From Verrucomicrobiota bacterium (GTDB lineage: Bacteria > Verrucomicrobiota > Verrucomicrobiia > Palsa-1439): DNA of 64,000 nucleotides. Under the pieces are notes generated by a model that was not told where the DNA came from, did no database searches, and saw nothing but the letters and a program-made list of their open reading frames with translations. Each line of letters opens with the position of its first letter. Within the stretch, counting starts at the first letter, position 1. The position numbers were made by a program, and so were the translations under genes. Shown piece after piece: positions 59,628 to 64,000 of this stretch. The stretch covers positions 10,938 through 74,937 of the forward strand of contig VHCW01000004.1 of NCBI GenBank assembly GCA_016871575.1. Direction: 5' to 3'.

Positions 59628-59765
59628 GCGCCCTTCTGCCGATGCCTGTCACTGACAGGTATTGGTGTTCATCGCCAAGAGCAATCCGCCTTCGCCAAGG
59701 CTTCCGCCTACGTCAGAACTACGGCGGACAAGTCGGTTTATTGTCCGAGTCAGCTTCTGATTCTT
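59628..59765 (+). repeat. cassette-flanking direct repeat, copy 3 (with nested REP-like unit)
   Basis: cttctgccgatgcctgtcactgacaggtattggtgttcatcgc...gcaatccgccttcgccaaggcttccgcctacgtcagaactacggcggacaagtcgg...gtcagcttctgattctt. Confidence 0.88.
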
Positions 59766-59801
59766 GACTGTTTTCTCGGTAGCGTGTGATATAATCCTGA
59801 C

Positions 59802-60131
59802 ATGATTGATCTGGTCGAACAACGCAGGAAGTCCATCGCGGAATTGTGCCGTCGGCACGAAGTCCGTCGCTTGGAGCTTTTCGGCTCGGCGGCGCGCGGG
59901 GATTTTCAGCCGGCCAAAAGCGACTTGGATTTTGTGGTCCAGTTTGCGCGGACTGGCTACACCGGTTACGCGGATGCGTTCCTTGAATTTGCGGAGGCGT
60001 TGGAAGAATTGTTTGGCCGCAAGGTGGACGTGCTGACGGAACGGATGATTCGAAGTCCGCATTTCCGCGCCGCCGTGGACGCCACGCGGCAGGTGGTCTA
60101 TGAAGAACGAAGCGAGACAAAGACTGCTTGA
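59802..60131 (+). CDS. MNT (minimal nucleotidyltransferase) antitoxin
   Basis: LFGSAARGDF...SDLDFVV, LFGRKVDVL; extended -10 TGATATAAT 6 nt upstream. Confidence 0.92.
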   Translation: MIDLVEQRRKSIAELCRRHEVRRLELFGSAARGDFQPAKSDLDFVVQFARTGYTGYADAFLEFAEALEELFGRKVDVLTERMIRSPHFRAAVDATRQVVYEERSETKTA

Positions 60132-60250
60132 CGTGTTGGAAGCCTGTCGTGCCGTTGAACGATTCGCTCGCGGACGACGAGATCGTATGGGACGTGGTGG
60201 AGAACAAACTGCCGATTCTGTGCCGCCAAGTGGAGAAGTTTTTGAAGTGA
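60100..60250 (+). pseudogene. HEPN/DUF86 toxin with internal deletion
   Basis: MKNEARQRLLDVLEACRAVERFARG joined out of frame to DDEIVWDVVENKLPILCRQVEKFLK*; the RxxxxH region is absent. Confidence 0.85.
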
Positions 60251-60331
60251 CAATCGACGGCTTGGGATTGGGCAAGAAGATTTGAGGGCAAAAAGATTCC
60301 GCAATGTTCTTGCCGGCCGTTAGCGCGGCAT

Positions 60332-60568
60332 GTGGACGAAACCGCCAGAAAACCACCGGTTCTTGCCTCAGCCCCCTGCCACTGCTCCGGCGACGATGCA
60401 GTGGAAACCCGTCCTGATCTTTTCCATCCTCGCCGAGCCTGTGCGCCGGGCGTTGTTGAGGGCGCTGTTGGTGACGATGCCCGACCCGACCGATGGCCGT
60501 CGGTGCCGGTGGTGAAATCGCCGGAAGGCATCGTGATTGATTTCGGTTTCTGCCTGTTGCGGTTGTAA
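60332..60568 (+). pseudogene. probable ArsR-like HTH regulator remnant
   Basis: IFSILAEPVRRALLRAL and DPTDGRR in one frame, VPVVKSPEGIVIDFGFCLLRL* in another; HTH core missing. Confidence 0.45.
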
Positions 60569-60686
60569 CAAATGTTCCCGCCCGCGGCGGATGAACTTCG
60601 GTGGGCCAGCCGGTTTGTTCCGTTCGGGGTGTCTTTGCGCAGATTCGTCAAGAGTCAGGGGTGACTCCGTCACCTATTGCAACTGG

Positions 60687-60704
60687 TTGTAACAACTGTT
60701 ACAA
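60687..60704. promoter_or_regulatory. AT-rich perfect palindrome (candidate operator)
   Basis: TTGTAACA-AC-TGTTACAA upstream of the TMTC-like gene; related ttgtaacaaatgtt at 60563. Confidence 0.55.
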
Positions 60705-60789
60705 ATGTTTGCGACTCCGGGAGAGGGGGCACGGTGAAAAGTTGACTTTGGATGCGCCTGCTGACACACTTTCGTTGCGCCGAGAGACA

Positions 60790-63123
60790 ATGGAGACACA
60801 ACAGCCACAAGAATCCGTTCCGTCCGCCGCCGTGAAGCCGGCCCCGCTGGAGCCGCCGGTGCGCCGGGTGTTGTGGACATCGTGCGGCTGGGCGGCGCAT
60901 CTGGGCGTGGTGGCGTTGCTGGGGACGTTGGTGCTGTTCACGTTTGTCAACACGCTGCGCAACACCGAGTTCGCGCTCGACAACAAATTCATCATCCTCG
61001 AAGACCCGCGCCTGCGGCAGGCGAAATCGGAAAACGTCAAGCTGATCTTTACGCAGGACTACTGGTACCCGAAGGCGGTGAGCGGGCTGTACCGGCCGCT
61101 GACGACGTTGTCCTACCTGTTCAACTACGCGGTGTTGCACAGCGGCGACCGCGCGGCCAGTTACCACTGGATAAACCTGTTGTTTCACTGGCTGAATGCG
61201 GTGTTGATTTATTACTTCGTGTTGGTGCTGATGGACAAGCTCTGGCCGTCGTTGTTGACGGCGCTGCTGTTTGCAATCCACCCGATTGTCACAGAGTCGG
61301 TCACCAACATCGTCGGGCGGGCCGACTTGTTTGCGATGGCTGCCGTGTTGGGGGCGTTTCTTTGTTATGCCAAAAGCACTGTTTCGACCGGCTGGCGCAG
61401 GCTCTTGTGGCTGCTGGTGATGACGGCGGTGACGACGCTGGGCGTGTTCTGCAAGGAAAGCGCGGTCGTCGTGCTGCCGGTGATGGTGTTGTACGATTTC
61501 ACCTACCGTTTCCAACAGCGGGTCGGAAACCGGGCGCTCAACGTGCTGGCCAATGCGTGGGACTTTTTCCTGAAAGGCTACGTTGCGGTGCTGCCGGCGG
61601 TGGCGGTGATGTTTTATGTGCGGTCCAAGGTGTTTGGGAATTTGCGTCCGCCCGAGCTGCCGTTTGTGGACAATCCGCTGATTGATCTCGGCTTCTGGGA
61701 AGCGCGCCTGACGGCGATCAAGATTGTGGGGCGATATTTCTGGCTGTTTTTCTGGCCGGCGCGGCTCTCGTGCGATTACTCCTACAACGAGATTCCGCTG
61801 GTGCAATTCCCGTTGAATAGCTGGGAAGACTGGAAATCGGTCGCTGTGTTGGCGCTGGTGCTGGCGATTGTGGCGTTGGCCGTGCTCAATTACCGCCGGC
61901 ACAAGGCGATCTTTTTCCTCGTCGCGTTTTTCTTCCTGACGTTCCTGCCATCGTCGAACCTGGTGCCGAATCCAACATTCGGGCTGTCGCTGTGGGACAA
62001 CACGGCGTGGTGCATCGGCAGCATCATGGCGGAGCGATTCATGTACCTGCCGTCCATCGCCTACGCGGGGCTGACGGTCATCTTGATTTATGCGCTCTGC
62101 CGGAAAGTGGTTGCGCGGCTGGACATCTCGGCGTGGGCGCAACGCGTCTGGTTGCAGTCGCTGGCGCGCGGTTTCCTCTGCGTGCTGGCGCTGGTGTACG
62201 GCGTCCGGACGTTCTTCCGCAACTACGATTGGGACGACGATGTCCGGCTCTGGACCAAGGCCGCCGAGGTCTGCCCCAACAGTTTCAAGAGCCACAAATC
62301 CCTTGCCTACGCGCTCTACGAAAAAGATCCGCAAGGCAAGAACATTGACCGCATCATCGAGGAAGGCGAAAAAGCCGCGCAGATCACCGACCGCGCGCAG
62401 ATCGTTTTCCTCCACCTCGGCGCCTACTACCGCATCAAGGGCGACCTGCTCTCGCAACGCGGCGCCGACGGCGCGCTGGTTCCCACGCCCGAAAGCAGGC
62501 CCTTCTACCAGAAATCCATCGAGACCTTGCGCCGCGCCGTGCCGTTGGATCACAGCTTCAACAACGAGAACCGGACCAAGGAACTGAAACGCGGACGCAA
62601 ACCGGAAGACATCCCGGACATCGGCAACCACGAGATTTATTGGAACCTTGGCCATTCCTGCATGAGGATCGGCCTCTACAACGACGCCCGCGAAGCTTAC
62701 CGTTACATGCGCCACCTCTCGCCGGCCAATCCCGACGCCTACATCAGCCTCGCGTCCGTTGCCATCGCGCAAAACCGGCTCGAAGAAGCCGCCGTCCACC
62801 TCCTGCAAACACTGCTGCTCGACAACAACCGGCAGGAAGCGCTCCGCACCCTCATCAACGTCTATCGCCAGATTGACCGCGAAGGCACCGCGCTCGTCTT
62901 CTCCCCCGGCACACAGGCGCAACCCCGGCTCAATGCCGACAGCGCGCTCGTCCGCAAACACCTCTGCGCCGCCTACCTCGATCTCGTCCAGGCGTTCATC
63001 GTGGCCAAACAATACGAGCTTGCCCAAAACACCCGCCAGAATGCCCTGGCCGCCTACAGGTGCGAGCCTGGTCCCTTCGACCAACTCATCGCCACCATTC
63101 CGCCCTCCAAACGAAAACCGTGA
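60790..63123 (+). CDS. TMTC-like GT-C membrane glycosyltransferase with C-terminal TPRs
   Basis: YRPLT..SY, YHWINLLFH, LFAIHP..TESV...GRADL, CKESA, L.CDYS, AERFMYLPS, RNYDW, TPR region. Confidence 0.9.
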   Translation: METQQPQESVPSAAVKPAPLEPPVRRVLWTSCGWAAHLGVVALLGTLVLFTFVNTLRNTEFALDNKFIILEDPRLRQAKSENVKLIFTQDYWYPKAVSGLYRPLTTLSYLFNYAVLHSGDRAASYHWINLLFHWLNAVLIYYFVLVLMDKLWPSLLTALLFAIHPIVTESVTNIVGRADLFAMAAVLGAFLCYAKSTVSTGWRRLLWLLVMTAVTTLGVFCKESAVVVLPVMVLYDFTYRFQQRVGNRALNVLANAWDFFLKGYVAVLPAVAVMFYVRSKVFGNLRPPELPFVDNPLIDLGFWEARLTAIKIVGRYFWLFFWPARLSCDYSYNEIPLVQFPLNSWEDWKSVAVLALVLAIVALAVLNYRRHKAIFFLVAFFFLTFLPSSNLVPNPTFGLSLWDNTAWCIGSIMAERFMYLPSIAYAGLTVILIYALCRKVVARLDISAWAQRVWLQSLARGFLCVLALVYGVRTFFRNYDWDDDVRLWTKAAEVCPNSFKSHKSLAYALYEKDPQGKNIDRIIEEGEKAAQITDRAQIVFLHLGAYYRIKGDLLSQRGADGALVPTPESRPFYQKSIETLRRAVPLDHSFNNENRTKELKRGRKPEDIPDIGNHEIYWNLGHSCMRIGLYNDAREAYRYMRHLSPANPDAYISLASVAIAQNRLEEAAVHLLQTLLLDNNRQEALRTLINVYRQIDREGTALVFSPGTQAQPRLNADSALVRKHLCAAYLDLVQAFIVAKQYELAQNTRQNALAAYRCEPGPFDQLIATIPPSKRKP

Positions 63124-63140
63124 AATCGCCGCGCACCGCG

Positions 63141-63728
63141 ATGACGCCTTTCGAGACGTTCGCCCCGCTCAACGAAGTTCCGTTCATCCGCCACGCCTTT
63201 ACCCGGCGCACCGCTGCCGACACCAAGGCCGCCGATTACGAACAACAACTCGTCCGTTCCTTCGGCTGCGACCGATTCGCCCGCGCCGAGCAAATCCACG
63301 GCAACGGCGTCGCCCTCGTCACCCAACCCGGCGCCTATCCGGCGGTTGACGCGCTCATTACCACCGCGCCGGGGCTGCCGCTGCTGGTCCGCTGCGCCGA
63401 CTGCGCCCCCCTTTTCCTCGTTGCCCCGCAGGCAATCGGGCTTGTCCACTCCGGCAAGAAAGGCACGCTCGCCAACGTCGCCGGCGCCGCCGTTGCCGCG
63501 ATGCCGGCGCGCCCGGCGGACATCCTCGCCGTCATCGGCCCCTGCATCGGTCCTTGCCACTACGACATGGATCTCTGGACTCCGCTGGAAGAACAGCTTC
63601 GCGCCGCCGGTGTCCGCAACATCCACAACGAACGCCGCTGCACCGCCTGTCATCTTGACCTCTACTATTCGTATCGCGCCGAGCGCGGCCGCACCGGCCG
63701 CATGTTCGCGTTCCTTGCCCTCCGCTAA
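63141..63728 (+). CDS. pgeF: PgeF/YfiH (purine nucleoside phosphorylase / laccase-like) protein
   Basis: EQIHG, DALIT, ADCAP, VHSG, IGPCIG, CTAC, YSYR. Confidence 0.9.
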   Translation: MTPFETFAPLNEVPFIRHAFTRRTAADTKAADYEQQLVRSFGCDRFARAEQIHGNGVALVTQPGAYPAVDALITTAPGLPLLVRCADCAPLFLVAPQAIGLVHSGKKGTLANVAGAAVAAMPARPADILAVIGPCIGPCHYDMDLWTPLEEQLRAAGVRNIHNERRCTACHLDLYYSYRAERGRTGRMFAFLALR

Positions 63729-63771
63729 TCCCGGCGTGACAAACGCTGCCCGCTGGCCGTATCTTGGCGGC

Positions 63772-64000
63772 ATGAAAATCAGCATTTTTGGACTCGGCAT
63801 CATTGGCGGCACGTGGGCCGACAACCTGTTGCAGGACGGCCATGAAGTGCGCGGCTGGAACCGCACGCCCAAACCGTCGCAGTTTTCCTACACGCACGAC
63901 GCCTGCGCCGCCGCGGAGTGCGCCGAATTGCTTCACATCGTTGTCGCCGATCCGCCCGCCGTGCAGGGCGTGCTGGATCGGATCAAACCCGTCCTGCATT
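63772..64000 (+). CDS. beta-hydroxyacid dehydrogenase family NAD(P)-binding protein (truncated by window edge; not in the ORF track)
   Basis: MKISIFGLGIIG...GHEVRGWNRT...VVADPPAV. Confidence 0.85.
   Translation, partial: MKISIFGLGIIGGTWADNLLQDGHEVRGWNRTPKPSQFSYTHDACAAAECAELLHIVVADPPAVQGVLDRIKPVLH

Noticed and set aside
57642-59765. CRISPR array or integron attC array
   Set aside because: Repeats exceed 100 bp and are separated by 0.6-1.2 kb gene pairs; no attC R boxes and no intI
60270-60312. ggcaagaagatt/ggcaaaaagatt short repeat as a fourth array repeat
   Set aside because: No similarity to the GTCACTGAC repeat; looks like an unrelated short REP-type remnant

Overview
High-GC bacterial DNA. 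The many Tat-signal Gfo/Idh/MocA oxidoreductases, PQQ-like propellers, HEAT and DUF1080 proteins suggest a PVC-superphylum organism (Verrucomicrobia-like); this is inference. Housekeeping genes are purL, rlmN, cydAB, hpf, glgP, yjbQ and pgeF. They are interleaved with carbohydrate-catabolism genes, an ECF sigma/anti-sigma/Spy-like cluster and a globin-coupled kinase/NtrC-family pair. Two accessory zones stand out. (i) 31.5-38 kb holds two toxin-antitoxin pairs, a type III R-M locus and a Fic fragment, with a short shared motif downstream of each module. (ii) 57.6-60.3 kb holds three unrelated TA-like gene pairs, each preceded by a copy of the same ~110-bp two-hairpin direct repeat, like a cassette array without integrase or attC sites. 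A PaaX-family gene is bracketed by two related 42-bp palindromes. Other observations are heptamer repeats translated inside genes, decayed TA remnants in intergenic spaces, toxin-specific gene decay and many apparently leaderless promoters. I found no rRNA, tRNA, CRISPR array, integrase or transposase. All family calls come from motif recognition by eye, with no database searches.
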